A DNA stretch of 63,722 bases, filler included, from Candidatus Omnitrophota bacterium (GTDB lineage: Bacteria; Omnitrophota; Gorgyraeia; Zapsychrales; Zapsychraceae): NCBI GenBank assembly GCA_015233495.1. It is 4 parts of 4 records of this genome, joined end to end, with 100 filler letters (N's around TTAATTAATTAA, not from the genome) between each part and the next. Parts side by side here need not be neighbours in the genome. Positions count along the whole stretch, not along the records: positions 23,801 to 47,478 come from JADFXQ010000026.1; 3 more parts are not named here. One strand, written 5' to 3'. This document shows positions 27,863-38,229 of this stretch, one piece after another (position 1 is the first letter of the stretch; every line of letters starts with the position of its first letter). Position numbers and translations under genes: made by a program. The notes beneath the pieces are model-generated. The model was not told the origin of the DNA. It was given only the letters and a program-made list of their open reading frames with translations, and did no database searches.

Positions 27863-28276
27863 ATGATGAATTTGAATATCATCAATTTGATTCTCATCCG
27901 GTTGATCGGAATCATTTTTATACCTCTGACCTTTTTTTGTTTATGGTTTGATCGGCCGGTTCCGTGGAGTTTATTGCCCACTGTCTTTATGGGTTTGATG
28001 ATCATTTCCTGCGTAGCATTATGTTGTCTTAATAATTTAGGCCGGTTGATTTGGGCGATCATGACGATCATATGTGTTGGTTTGCAGGGCTGGGATATGT
28101 TTAATAATTGGAATAATCACGTGGTTTGGATCACCCTAAGAGATTTGCAGATCAAGAATGTCGTTGATGTTTTGGATTATCTGTGGGCGATTCTGGAGGA
28201 ATCGTGGCTATTGCTGATCATTTGTGTTTATTTTTATATTCCATCCGTGGGAAAGAATTTCCGGAGTATTAAATAA
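27863..28276 (+). CDS. Small membrane protein, function unknown
   Basis: About 4 hydrophobic segments, RBS AGGAG. Confidence 0.6.
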   Translation: MMNLNIINLILIRLIGIIFIPLTFFCLWFDRPVPWSLLPTVFMGLMIISCVALCCLNNLGRLIWAIMTIICVGLQGWDMFNNWNNHVVWITLRDLQIKNVVDVLDYLWAILEESWLLLIICVYFYIPSVGKNFRSIK

Positions 28277-28299
28277 AGTGAGATTCTCGGAGGTGATTT

Positions 28300-29139
28300 A
28301 TGGATAAAGAAAAGGCGCTTGTGGTATTTCAGAGCAAGAAGATTCGAAGAATCTGGCTGTATGATGAATGGTGGTTTTCTGTTGTTGATGTTGTTGAAGC
28401 TCTGACGGATAGCCCAACTCCACGGCAGTATTGGGGGAAGATTAAGGACAGGGAGTTTAAGTCGCTTCAACTGTCCCCAATTTGGGTACAGTTGAAATTA
28501 GAGGCAGAAGACGGGAAATTAAGAATTACGGATTGTGCAAACACAAAAGCAATATTCAGGATTATTCAGTCAATTCCTTCAAAGAAGGCTGAGCCATTTA
28601 AACGCTGGTTGGCAGAAGTTGGTTATGACAGGGTTCAGGAGATTGATAATCCTGAGCTGGCGCAAAAGCGGATGAAAGAAATTTATAGAGCTAAGGGTTA
28701 TTCTGATGATTGGATTGAGAAACGGGTCCGAGGTATTGCGGTCAGAGATGAATTGACGGACGAGTGGAAGAAAAGAGGCGTGTCGGAAGAAAAAGAATAC
28801 GCCATTTTAACCGCGGAGATATCGAAGGCCACATTCGGAATGACGCCCAGCGAGTATAAGGAGTTTAAGGGGTTGGCGAAAGAAAATTTGCGCGACCATA
28901 TGAATGACTTGGAGTTGATTTTTACCATGCTGGGAGAGAGGGTTTCAACGGAAATTACCAGACAGGAAGATGCTCAGGGGTATATCGAGGTTGAAGGGGC
29001 TGCTAAACGTGGCGGGAGAGTTGCCGGCAATGCCAGAAAGGAAGCGGAGCGCGAGTTAGGTCGTTCGGTTGCGACTAAAGAAAATTACCTTTTGGAGCCG
29101 GAGAAGAAAATGAAGTTGGAACGGAAGAAAAAGGGATGA
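28300..29139 (+). CDS. Bro-N domain (phage antirepressor-like) protein
   Basis: IRRIW…WWFSVVDVV, RIIQSIPSKKAEPFKRWLA, NLRDHMNDLELIF. Confidence 0.9.
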   Translation: MDKEKALVVFQSKKIRRIWLYDEWWFSVVDVVEALTDSPTPRQYWGKIKDREFKSLQLSPIWVQLKLEAEDGKLRITDCANTKAIFRIIQSIPSKKAEPFKRWLAEVGYDRVQEIDNPELAQKRMKEIYRAKGYSDDWIEKRVRGIAVRDELTDEWKKRGVSEEKEYAILTAEISKATFGMTPSEYKEFKGLAKENLRDHMNDLELIFTMLGERVSTEITRQEDAQGYIEVEGAAKRGGRVAGNARKEAERELGRSVATKENYLLEPEKKMKLERKKKG

Positions 29140-29142
29140 CCG

Positions 29143-30162
29143 ATGAAAATGATGTCAAATAACGCTTCGTTTAAAGGAGAAGATCTCCAGCAAGATATTG
29201 ACAAGCTTGTCGAGCTGGGCAAGAAAAAACGTGTTTTGACGTACGCTGAAGTCAATCAGGTTCTCTCCGAATCAATTGAATCAGTTGAAGACATCGTCAA
29301 AGTTTTTGAAATTTTGGATAGGAAAGGCATCAAAATCATCGAGTGGGACGAATTTGAAGACGTTGAAAAAGTTGAAAAAGAGTCCAGGGAAAAGGAAATC
29401 AGCTTGGATGAATCGGTAAGAAGACATCTCAAATTTTTAGAAGGGATCCCGTTGTTGTCGCGCGAAAAAGAAATCGAGCTGGCGAAATGGATTGAAGAAG
29501 CGGAGACAAGGTTTGCCGAATCGCTTTATGAAACAGCCTTTGCCAGGAAAGCGGCGTTGGAGGCGATCGGAAAAATTATTAAAGGAGAGGTTAATCCGGA
29601 AGACATTATTAAAGATAAATTTGTGCGCCGCTCTGGACTGATTGCGTATTTAAAAAAGATCAAGGTAGAAGTCGGACACGTCAGGGTCGGCTCGGGAAAA
29701 TCCGGTGCACTTTTAGCAAAATTTAAATTTACCGCGAACTTTAACGAGCAGATTGTCGATCGGATTTTGGAGATAATTCATCGGATTGATCGATTGGAGC
29801 TGGTCATGCACGCGCAACCTAAACCGGACAATTTAAAAGAATTGAAAGCAGAATGGGCAGGCTTGGAAAAAATGCTCGGTGAGCCGATTCCCGAAGTCAA
29901 AATCTTATTGATGGACATCAAGACCCGACAATCGAAATTCAATAAGGTCAAAAAACTGTTGGTTTCGGCGAATTTGCGTCTGGTGGTTAGCGTTGCTAAA
30001 AAATACATTAATCGTGGCTTGTCGTTTTGGGATCTTATTCAGAATGGCAATATCGGTCTGATCAGTGCTGTAGAGAAATTCGAGTATCAGCGGGGATATA
30101 AATTTTCTGTCTATGCCATGTTGTGGATCCGTCAGTCGATTATTCGGTCGATCGCGGAATAG
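29143..30162 (+). CDS. Truncated RpoD-like sigma70 paralog (regions 1.1, 1.2, NCR and 2 only); possibly a pseudogene
   Basis: [79 protein letters not shown], then stop. Confidence 0.85.
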   Translation: MKMMSNNASFKGEDLQQDIDKLVELGKKKRVLTYAEVNQVLSESIESVEDIVKVFEILDRKGIKIIEWDEFEDVEKVEKESREKEISLDESVRRHLKFLEGIPLLSREKEIELAKWIEEAETRFAESLYETAFARKAALEAIGKIIKGEVNPEDIIKDKFVRRSGLIAYLKKIKVEVGHVRVGSGKSGALLAKFKFTANFNEQIVDRILEIIHRIDRLELVMHAQPKPDNLKELKAEWAGLEKMLGEPIPEVKILLMDIKTRQSKFNKVKKLLVSANLRLVVSVAKKYINRGLSFWDLIQNGNIGLISAVEKFEYQRGYKFSVYAMLWIRQSIIRSIAE

Positions 30163-30314
30163 TCGTTCAACGTGCGTTCTTATGAATTACTGGTGGACAT
30201 CCGATTATCATTTTTCGCACTTTAATATCATCCGCTTTGAAGAAATTAGCGCCGCGGTTGCCGCGTTTCAGAAGAAAGAAAAATAAAGGCCATGGCTTTA
30301 CTGTAAGAGGAGGG

Positions 30315-30974
30315 ATGTTTATGAAATATGACAAAAGGGCACCGGTCGTTAAATTTTGCACCGCGGTTTTTGGCTTTTTCTTTTTTGTCACGTGCAATGC
30401 CGCCGTGTCTGATAGCGCTGAACATCCTTGGCAGACCCGGATCAAAAAAGACGGGATCACGGTCAGCACCCGGAAGGTGGACGGCTCGCCGATCATTGAA
30501 TATCAAGCCGATGTGATTGTTGACGCGTCTTTGGCTCAAGTGACGGCGCTCTTTGAAGACGATCTCAAAACGCCGCTGTGGTATTATCAATGTGTGAAAG
30601 CGGAGTCCGTGGAAAAAATTATCCCGGACAAAAAGATTTCTTACGTAGTTCTGCATTTGCCGTTTCCGGTTGCTGAACGGGATGCCGTGTTTCAGACGAT
30701 CCGCTCGACCGACCCGGCGAGCGGGGTCGTGACTTACATCCAGACCGCACTCCCGACGCGGCTTCCCGAACATAAAGGGAAAATCCGCGTGCTGTATCTC
30801 AACTCCATATGGCGGTTCGCGCCCCAGGCCGACGGCCGCACGGAAATGTATTTTCGCCAGCACAGCAATCCCGGTGGCAGTATTCCGGTTTTTCTCGTCA
30901 ATAAACTCTCCGTAGAAATTCCGTTTTACAGTTTAAAAAATTTCCGGAAATTGGTCCTGAAAACAAAAGAATGA
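30315..30974 (+). CDS. Secreted START-like lipid-binding domain protein
   Basis: Signal peptide, W…KDGITV, LPFPVAERD, NPGGSIPVFLVN. Confidence 0.85.
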   Translation: MFMKYDKRAPVVKFCTAVFGFFFFVTCNAAVSDSAEHPWQTRIKKDGITVSTRKVDGSPIIEYQADVIVDASLAQVTALFEDDLKTPLWYYQCVKAESVEKIIPDKKISYVVLHLPFPVAERDAVFQTIRSTDPASGVVTYIQTALPTRLPEHKGKIRVLYLNSIWRFAPQADGRTEMYFRQHSNPGGSIPVFLVNKLSVEIPFYSLKNFRKLVLKTKE

Positions 30975-31129
30975 AAAACGTAGAAATAGGTCTCAATCCG
31001 AAGTCACCTCTCGGTTCCGGGAAATCCGATATTGATCGGACACTTCTAAAAATCATTGACTTCGGATAAAAAGGTGATATTTTGATGTTGTATTTTAGTT
31101 GTATTAAAATAATCACAGGAGTATTTTAG

Positions 31130-31924
31130 ATGAACAAAAATACATTGAGCTCATTAAGTAAAACAGAGGTTGAAATTGTCGCCCGGCTAACATACGAGAA
31201 GAAAGAGATCGTCACCGCGAAAGAGTTGGGATCATATCTTCCTTCGGGTTTTCCTTATCGAAACCAATTGATCTATAGTCTCAAGAAAAAACGGGTTCTC
31301 ATACCAATCAAGAGCGGTGTATATATTTTTGTTCCTTTGGAATCATTGCCGACAGGTCGCCGCGTCAGTGAGTTTGTCATTCCGGCCGTGTTCTTTCCTG
31401 AAAATGACTATTATCTGGGTTATTCCACGATGTTCAATTATTACAATTTTACAGACCAGCAGTTTCAGACGGTTTTTGTGTTGAATTTAAGAATATCTAA
31501 GAAAAGAATAATCGCCGGGCTTACTTTCAAGTTCATCAAAATTACCCCGGAAAAAATGTACGGCCAGGAGAGGATCAATATCAAGGGGAAAGATGTTATC
31601 GTCAGCTCAAAAGAGAGGACGCTGGTTGATTTGATTGATTACAACAAGCCGGTTGGCGGCATCGAAGCCGCGTCTGATATTTTACAAAGATTTGTTGAGG
31701 AGAAAAAGTGTGATATTAAAAAGCTGATTGATTATACCGTGAGATTTCCCAAAATTAAGACGCGAAAGCGTATAGGGCTTATTTTAGAGAATGCCGGAGT
31801 AGGTGATGTTTTATTGAAGCCGCTCGAAAAAAGCATTAAAAAAACTTCCATAATATCATTTACTAATCATCGCAAAGGAACAATCAATGCAAAGTGGCGG
31901 GCCATCGTCAATGATCCACAATGA
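31130..31924 (+). CDS. Type IV TA antitoxin, AbiEi-like (wHTH)
   Basis: LKKKRVLIPIKSGVY, YYLGY, ERTLVD. Upstream of an AbiEii gene. Confidence 0.8.
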   Translation: MNKNTLSSLSKTEVEIVARLTYEKKEIVTAKELGSYLPSGFPYRNQLIYSLKKKRVLIPIKSGVYIFVPLESLPTGRRVSEFVIPAVFFPENDYYLGYSTMFNYYNFTDQQFQTVFVLNLRISKKRIIAGLTFKFIKITPEKMYGQERINIKGKDVIVSSKERTLVDLIDYNKPVGGIEAASDILQRFVEEKKCDIKKLIDYTVRFPKIKTRKRIGLILENAGVGDVLLKPLEKSIKKTSIISFTNHRKGTINAKWRAIVNDPQ

Positions 31925-32684
31925 TAAAGATCAATTTCGTGATTTGGTTGATCGAACTGCTTCGATGACAGGATTTTATGCGCCGCTCATGGAGAAAGAT
32001 TATTATTTAACATATATTCTTTCTCGAATCCACGATCTTTGTGAAGACCTGATTTTTAAAGGGGGGACGTGCCTTAATAAAATTTATTATTCATATTACC
32101 GCTTGAGCGAGGATCTCGATTTCAGCATGCGTTTGCCTGAATATGAAACGACGCGGGGCAATCGGCGCAAATGCATCCAATTGGTCAAGCAAAACATAGA
32201 ATCATTTGCGAAGAATCTCGGGTTTCGTTTGGAAGGCGCGGTTCAACCCTATTCTTCAGCCCGAGTCGCGAGTCGTGCAACATCAATTCCTGCATCCATT
32301 CACCGGTGAGCCGTTGTTAGACGCAGGAAAAGTGAATTGTTTATCGCTCAATGAAATCGTCAGCGAGAAACTGCGCGCCGCGGCCTTGAGAAAGAAAATC
32401 GCCCCGCGGGATTTTTATGATTTGGATTTTATTCTTCGCAATAACTTTGTCTTCGGGAATAAACTAATCATGGATCTGTTTAAGATGAAGATCAAGCAAG
32501 ATGGCGGAGATCCGGATTTAAAAAAATATCGTGAAAACATGGGCCGGACGGATGTTGAAATCAAGGATATGAAGGGCCGCATCGAGGCGGAATTATTTGA
32601 TGTGCTAACAGCGAGTGAGCGGAAGAATTTCAATCCGACTCGGCGTTAGTCAGGATCAATAAAGCCATGAAAGGCGCGGCGTAG
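31911..32684 (+). pseudogene. AbiEii-family nucleotidyltransferase toxin, disrupted
   Basis: EKDY, FKGGTCL, RLSEDLDF lie in one frame; SEKLRAA, PRDFYDL lie in another (shift near 32240). A second apparent shift lies near 32635. Confidence 0.85.
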
Positions 32685-32700
32685 AGTCAGGAGAACGGTT

Positions 32701-33774
32701 TTGAGCCATACGCGACGGGCGATTTCTTTTTTACCGACAACGGCTGTCTTGGAGATGACCTATCAGTGCAATCACCGGTGCCTGTTTTGTTCCTGTCCCT
32801 GGATGGCAGAAGATGGCGCCTTTGTTAAAGGCGAGGAGCTGTCAACGGATCAATGGAAATCCGTTCTTGACCTTTTATCCCGGAAGGGAATTCAGAATAT
32901 TTGTTTTACCGGCGGCGAGGCCTTGTTGCGTTCTGATCTACCGCAGATTATGGAATATGCTGCGCAGTTGAAAGTTCAGATCATTAAGGAAGAAGCCGGG
33001 CAGTTGGTCGATAAAACAGCTTCGCCCCAATTATATCTTTTGTCCAACGGCACATTTGTGGACGACATTGTCCTTGATCGGTGCAAAAAATATCATGTTC
33101 AGTTGAGCGTCAGTATGCCGGGATTGAGCGCGTTTTCGGAGTTGACCGGCGGCGGGGATGTCAATAAAATATTGCGCCTGTTCGGGAAGGCTCGGGACAA
33201 AGGGCTCTCAACCGTGGTCGGCGTTACGGTGACTAAGAAGAATCTTTTTGAGTTGTATGAAACGATTTCAGCGGCATTCCTTGCCGGAGCTACACAGCTT
33301 TTATTAAACCGGTTTTTGTACGGCGGTCGAGGCCGGCGTTATGCCCGAGAGCTTTCTTTAAGCCGGGAAGAATTGACGGAAATGCTGGATGTCGCGGAGC
33401 AGGCGCTGAAGGACGCGGGCCGATATGGATCCGTGGGCACAGAGATTCCGTTGTGTTTATTTCGGCCGGAAAAATATCAGAGGTTAGACATGTCGACCGG
33501 ATGCTCCGCAGCCAAAGGTTTTTTTGTTATCGGGCCGTCGGGAAAAGTCCGGGTATGCAATCATTCGCAAGTTGAGCTGGCGCATTATTCCGGCATTGAT
33601 ACGTTAAAAACGGATTCATATTGGATGAAATTCGTTCAAAGCGATTATTTGCCGACCATGTGTGCCGGGTGTCATGACATTGGCCGTTGCGCCGGCGGGT
33701 GTCGGGAAGCGGCGCATATTAACGCTGGCGCGATCGACGCGCCGGACGCTTTTTTTATTAAAGAAGGAGGATGA
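32701..33774 (+). CDS. Radical SAM/SPASM domain protein
   Basis: CNHRCLFC, FTGGE, SPASM C…G…VCNH…CxxC…CxGGC. Confidence 0.92.
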   Translation: MSHTRRAISFLPTTAVLEMTYQCNHRCLFCSCPWMAEDGAFVKGEELSTDQWKSVLDLLSRKGIQNICFTGGEALLRSDLPQIMEYAAQLKVQIIKEEAGQLVDKTASPQLYLLSNGTFVDDIVLDRCKKYHVQLSVSMPGLSAFSELTGGGDVNKILRLFGKARDKGLSTVVGVTVTKKNLFELYETISAAFLAGATQLLLNRFLYGGRGRRYARELSLSREELTEMLDVAEQALKDAGRYGSVGTEIPLCLFRPEKYQRLDMSTGCSAAKGFFVIGPSGKVRVCNHSQVELAHYSGIDTLKTDSYWMKFVQSDYLPTMCAGCHDIGRCAGGCREAAHINAGAIDAPDAFFIKEGG

Positions 33775-33775
33775 G

Positions 33776-34390
33776 ATGGTTTTGATTCAAGTTGTATGCG
33801 TGGTCTTGATTCTCTGGGGATTGATGATCGTATCGGTCAAGGCGCAAGATCAAAAGTCGGGCGAGAGGCCGTCGGTTTCTTCCGAAACGATTCAATCCAT
33901 GTCACGAATAGATATTCAAAACGCCTTGAAAAAAATTGATTCGAACAATCCGCCGCCGCCAAAGATGGGGGCCATGTGCTATGAACCCGGCGCGGTATAC
34001 AAACACAAGGAATATGTTTGTCCTCTGGACGGTGAGAAAACCATGTATGCTACTGAGTCCAAGGCTTTTAACACAGCCATATCCGCGCCGGAAATCCGGA
34101 GTTTGGTCAAAGAGCTTGGTTCGTTGGTGAAAGGCATTTCATTTTCTTTAGACGAAAAGAAACTTTGCGCAAAATGTTTTCCGAATATCGTGGACGCGGA
34201 TCGAAAGATCGCCCTGATTGTTCAATATTCCGACGGCAGAACAGTTCGCACCGAAGGCGTCACGGCCCAGGATATCCGGTATTTAATCGGTTTTTTCCAG
34301 GACGGGTTAAGTTACAAAACCAACAATGACGGCCAGGAACCCTTAAAGGAAGTCGAGCCCCGTCTTAAAGTGTTGTTGGGAGAAAATTAG
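33776..34390 (+). CDS. Secreted Cys-containing protein coupled to the radical SAM gene
   Basis: Signal peptide …VKA-Q, motifs PPPPKMGAMCY, YVCP, LCAKC. ATG 1 nt after the rSAM stop, RBS AAGGAGG. Confidence 0.8.
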   Translation: MVLIQVVCVVLILWGLMIVSVKAQDQKSGERPSVSSETIQSMSRIDIQNALKKIDSNNPPPPKMGAMCYEPGAVYKHKEYVCPLDGEKTMYATESKAFNTAISAPEIRSLVKELGSLVKGISFSLDEKKLCAKCFPNIVDADRKIALIVQYSDGRTVRTEGVTAQDIRYLIGFFQDGLSYKTNNDGQEPLKEVEPRLKVLLGEN

Positions 34391-34406
34391 GAATTTCCTT
34401 TTTGTT

Positions 34407-34543
34407 GTAGGGGCGCCCCTTGTGGGCGCCCGTTATGCAGCCGCGCCAGAACAACGGTCGTGCTGACTGGGCACGATACTTCGTCGCCGCTTCGCTCCGC
34501 TCAAAACGCGGCGACTACGGGCGCCCACAAGGGGCGCCCCTAC
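34407..34543. repeat. GTAG-type REP doublet (REPIN-like), copy A
   Basis: GTAGGGGCGCCCCTTGTGGGCGCCC … GGGCGCCCACAAGGGGCGCCCCTAC with a conserved spacer. Confidence 0.9.
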
Positions 34544-34607
34544 ACTGGTCGCTCACGGGGCGAAAAGTCCGCGCGTTTGGGGCAACCATACGATTGAGGA
34601 TTTGATC

Positions 34608-35684
34608 ATGACTGTTAAACGCGGGATGGATGTTGAGGATTGTCAGGTTTTGCCGCTGAAGGCTCGGTTGATTCAGCCGTTTCGCACGGCTTTGGGTCAG
34701 CATGATACTTTGGATAATTTGCTGTTGGTGATCCGCTTGGGCAATGGGGTGGCGGGTTATGGCGAGGCGGCCGTGGCGACGCATATTACCGGCGAGACAA
34801 TCGAGGCTACTGCCAAAAATTTGCGGCAATGTTGTAAGAATCTGGTTGGGAAAAATGTCGGGGATTATTTGAATATCTCGGCAAAACTGCAGGAGCAGAT
34901 GCCGGAGAACCAAGCCGCGGTGGCGGCAGTTGAGATGGCGGTCTTTGACGGATTGACCCGGTCTTTGAATATTCCCTTATGGAAATTGTATGGCAGTCGT
35001 CCGGCGAAGATCAGGACCGATATCACGATCGTGATTGATACTTTGGAAAATACGCGGGAAAAAGCCGCGGCATTTTATCAACAGGGATTCCGGTCATTTA
35101 AGATCAAGATCGGCAGGGATATGGACTTGGATTTGGCCCGGGTGATCGCGATTGCCAAAATCGCCCAAAAATCGCAATTGTATTTAGACGCCAATCAGGG
35201 CTATAGCGCCGAGCAAACTTTGCGCTTTTTAAAACAATTGGAAAAATATGATATTATTCCGGAGCTGGTCGAACAGCCGGTGCCGAAAGAAGATAAAGCG
35301 GGACTCGTCAAGGTAACGCGGTTAGCCAAGTCCAAGATCTGCGCGGACGAAAGCGTCAAGAGTCTGGCTGACGCAGTCTGGGCGATCAAGGAAAAGGCCT
35401 GCGATGTGATTAACATCAAATTGATGAAATGCGGACTTGTTCAGGCACACGAGATCGCGCGATTAGCCATGGCGAATAATATCGGCATCATGATCGGCGG
35501 CATGATGGAAAGCCGGTTGGCCATGACCTGCTCGGCGCAAATCGCGGCCGGCCTTGGCTTTGTGGAGTATGTTGACTTGGACACACCGTTTTTTTTAAAA
35601 GACACCCGCCGGCATCCGTTTTTGTCGCGTAACGGCGTGTATGATTTTACGCAGGCCAAAAGCGGCATAGGAATCATCCCTTAA
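34608..35684 (+). CDS. L-Ala-D/L-Glu dipeptide epimerase (enolase superfamily)
   Basis: GYGEAA, KIKIG, LDANQG, VEQP, ADES, NIKLMKCG, DLD. Confidence 0.9.
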   Translation: MTVKRGMDVEDCQVLPLKARLIQPFRTALGQHDTLDNLLLVIRLGNGVAGYGEAAVATHITGETIEATAKNLRQCCKNLVGKNVGDYLNISAKLQEQMPENQAAVAAVEMAVFDGLTRSLNIPLWKLYGSRPAKIRTDITIVIDTLENTREKAAAFYQQGFRSFKIKIGRDMDLDLARVIAIAKIAQKSQLYLDANQGYSAEQTLRFLKQLEKYDIIPELVEQPVPKEDKAGLVKVTRLAKSKICADESVKSLADAVWAIKEKACDVINIKLMKCGLVQAHEIARLAMANNIGIMIGGMMESRLAMTCSAQIAAGLGFVEYVDLDTPFFLKDTRRHPFLSRNGVYDFTQAKSGIGIIP

Positions 35685-35685
35685 T

Positions 35686-36855
35686 ATGATCCATAATCCG
35701 TACACAACGATCGCTCTCTTGGCCTTAATCGAATTTCTCATTCTGTATTTTTCCAGCCGAGAACGTTTTAAAAAATATTTTCATTTTATTCCCCCGGTTT
35801 TCTGGATTTATGCCATTCCCATGCTGCTGGCTTCGCTCGGCGTGATTGACCCTGACAATCGGTTGTATAAAATTATTTCGGAAAACGTTCTTCCGGCCAG
35901 TCTGATTTTGCTTTTGTTGAGCACAGACCTGGCCGCTATTGCGAAGCTCGGCAAAAAAGCCTTGCTCATGATGTTGATCGGCAGTGCCTCGATCATGGCC
36001 GCGTTCCCGACGGTGTTTTATGTGTTTAAAGGTTTGGTGGGGGCCAGGATGTGGAGCGGATTCGGCGCGTTATCCGCGTCGTGGGTAGGCGGCAGTGCCA
36101 ATATGGTCGCGGTCAAAGAAGCGCTCGGCACTCCGGAATCGGTCTTTGCTCCTATGCTGGTGGTTGACACAGTCGTGCCTTATGTATGGATGGCATTTTT
36201 GATCGCTATCGTCGGCTTGCAAAACGCGTTTGATAAAAAGATCAGAGCTGATATGCAGGTCATGGATGAGCTCAATCAACACTTAAGCCAACAGCAGTCT
36301 CTGGCAAAATGTTTTTCCGTGACCGGAATAGGGTGGATTATAGCCACGGCGGTCGGGGGCGTGATCATCGCTAAAACCGGCGCGGATTATTTGCCGGTGA
36401 TCCAGAATACGATTTCCAATTACACTTGGGTTATCATTATGGCTTCGTTCATTGGTATCGGCTTATCCTTGACCCCGGCGAGAAAACTCGAACAGGCCCA
36501 CTCCACTCAAATCGGTTATTGGTTATTATATTTTGTCCTGACGACCATCGGCGCCAAGGCCTGTATCCGGGATTTTGGCGCGGCATTGATTTTGATCGGT
36601 GCCGGGTTTTGCGTCATCACTTTGCATGGCCTGATTCTGGTGATCGCGGCAAAAATATTGCGGGCGCCCATGTTTTTGGCAGTGACTGCCAGTCAGGCGA
36701 ATATCGGCGGAACAGCGTCCGCGCCGGTGGTTGCGGCAGTCTATCAACCGGCCCTGGCCTCCGTCGGACTGATCATGGCGATTCTCGGAAATATTATGGG
36801 AACTTATACAGGAATCCTCACAGGATATGTTTGTAAAATCATTGCCGGAGCCTAA
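35686..36855 (+). CDS. DUF819 family membrane protein (putative transporter)
   Basis: Many TMs, SWVGGSANM, ASQANIGGTASAPVVA, GNIMGT. Confidence 0.85.
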   Translation: MIHNPYTTIALLALIEFLILYFSSRERFKKYFHFIPPVFWIYAIPMLLASLGVIDPDNRLYKIISENVLPASLILLLLSTDLAAIAKLGKKALLMMLIGSASIMAAFPTVFYVFKGLVGARMWSGFGALSASWVGGSANMVAVKEALGTPESVFAPMLVVDTVVPYVWMAFLIAIVGLQNAFDKKIRADMQVMDELNQHLSQQQSLAKCFSVTGIGWIIATAVGGVIIAKTGADYLPVIQNTISNYTWVIIMASFIGIGLSLTPARKLEQAHSTQIGYWLLYFVLTTIGAKACIRDFGAALILIGAGFCVITLHGLILVIAAKILRAPMFLAVTASQANIGGTASAPVVAAVYQPALASVGLIMAILGNIMGTYTGILTGYVCKIIAGA

Positions 36856-38204
36856 TGCGTAAATTATTCCTGATATTTTTTTTATTCTGTTTCGCCGGGT
36901 GCGCGTCTGACCGGGCAATGTATTATTACAGCGCGCCCACCAATTTGCCGAATGTCCGGACCGAGATGAAGACCCCGGGATTTTGGATCGGCCGGTTGAC
37001 TGCGCCGGATCAAGTGATTATGACTGCCGATGAGATCAACCGATTTAATCGGGAGATCATTCGCAAGAAATATCGGGGAGATATTTCGGTATTTCCAGCA
37101 ACTTATACTGGCAGAGAAATGAGTGATTCTTTACGACAGCGATTCTACGGAATGGTGTCAGCCGGATATTTTACTCAATACGGCAGGAAGGCGGATCAAA
37201 AATTTTTTATCCGCATTAAAGGAAATATGGAGATCAATAACCTCCCGGATTCATTGAATGTCAGGTATGCCATAGTTGCCCGGAATTCCGACCAGCGGTT
37301 TTTGCCCACCCAAGACAAATTGACCGCAAAGCCCTTGGATATTGATTTTGACGAACTGCAAGAAAACAGCTTAGACATCAATACCCCGGTCGCGGTGCTT
37401 TGGCAAAGCGTGGACCGTATATGGAGTTATGTTATCGGACCGTCGAGTCCCGGGTGGGTGCTAACGGAAAATTTGGCGTTCTGCGGCCAGGAGGAAATGA
37501 AGAGAATGCGAACTCCGGATTTTGTCGTGATCACGTCCGCGAAAGCCGACATTTATTTGGATCAACAACGGACCCGGTTTTACAGTTTTGTCAGGATGGG
37601 AACGCGGTTTGAGCTTAAAAATATTTCACAAGAGGTTGTCGAAATCAGCCTGCCGATACGCGACGAAACCGGGCATATAAAAATAGTATCGGGTTATATC
37701 CGCGCCAAAGACCTGCATCGCGGCTATCGACCCTATACGCCGCGGGTGATCATCGAACAGGCATTCGAAATGCTCAACACCCCATACGGCTGGGGCGGGG
37801 CGAACGGAGAACAGGATTGCTCGCAGTTTTTACAAGAAGTCTTCGCGACTGCCGGCATCGAAATCCCGCGCGATTCTTCCGTCCAGGCAAATATCGGAAT
37901 CTCGCTTTATGAATTTAAGGAAAACGAGATCGAGGCGGCGCGCCGCGACCAGGTCCGCGCCAACGCCCGAGCCGGGTTAAGCATACTGTACATGAACGGC
38001 CATATCATGCTTTATCTCGGCGAGTCCGAAGGAAGTCCCTACGCAATCCACGACACCTGGGCCTATCGCGAAAAAATTGCTTCAAAAGACACGCCTCGGC
38101 GCATCAACAAAGTCACAGTCTCGGATTTAAGCCTGGGACAGGGTTCCGGTAAAGGGTCTTTGCTTCTTCGTTTAAAACAGATTAGAATATACAATGTCAG
38201 ATGA
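36855..38204 (+). CDS. SH3 + NlpC/P60 lipoprotein peptidase (YkfC-like)
   Basis: Lipobox FAGC, PYGWGG…DCS, PRDS…Q, GHIMLYLG…IHD. Confidence 0.9.
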   Translation: MRKLFLIFFLFCFAGCASDRAMYYYSAPTNLPNVRTEMKTPGFWIGRLTAPDQVIMTADEINRFNREIIRKKYRGDISVFPATYTGREMSDSLRQRFYGMVSAGYFTQYGRKADQKFFIRIKGNMEINNLPDSLNVRYAIVARNSDQRFLPTQDKLTAKPLDIDFDELQENSLDINTPVAVLWQSVDRIWSYVIGPSSPGWVLTENLAFCGQEEMKRMRTPDFVVITSAKADIYLDQQRTRFYSFVRMGTRFELKNISQEVVEISLPIRDETGHIKIVSGYIRAKDLHRGYRPYTPRVIIEQAFEMLNTPYGWGGANGEQDCSQFLQEVFATAGIEIPRDSSVQANIGISLYEFKENEIEAARRDQVRANARAGLSILYMNGHIMLYLGESEGSPYAIHDTWAYREKIASKDTPRRINKVTVSDLSLGQGSGKGSLLLRLKQIRIYNVR

Positions 38205-38229
38205 AATTTCATTGCTGTCCAAATTGAGT

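Noticed and set aside
28300..30162. Prophage suggested by the Bro-N gene
   Set aside because: No structural, terminase, integrase or replication genes are nearby.
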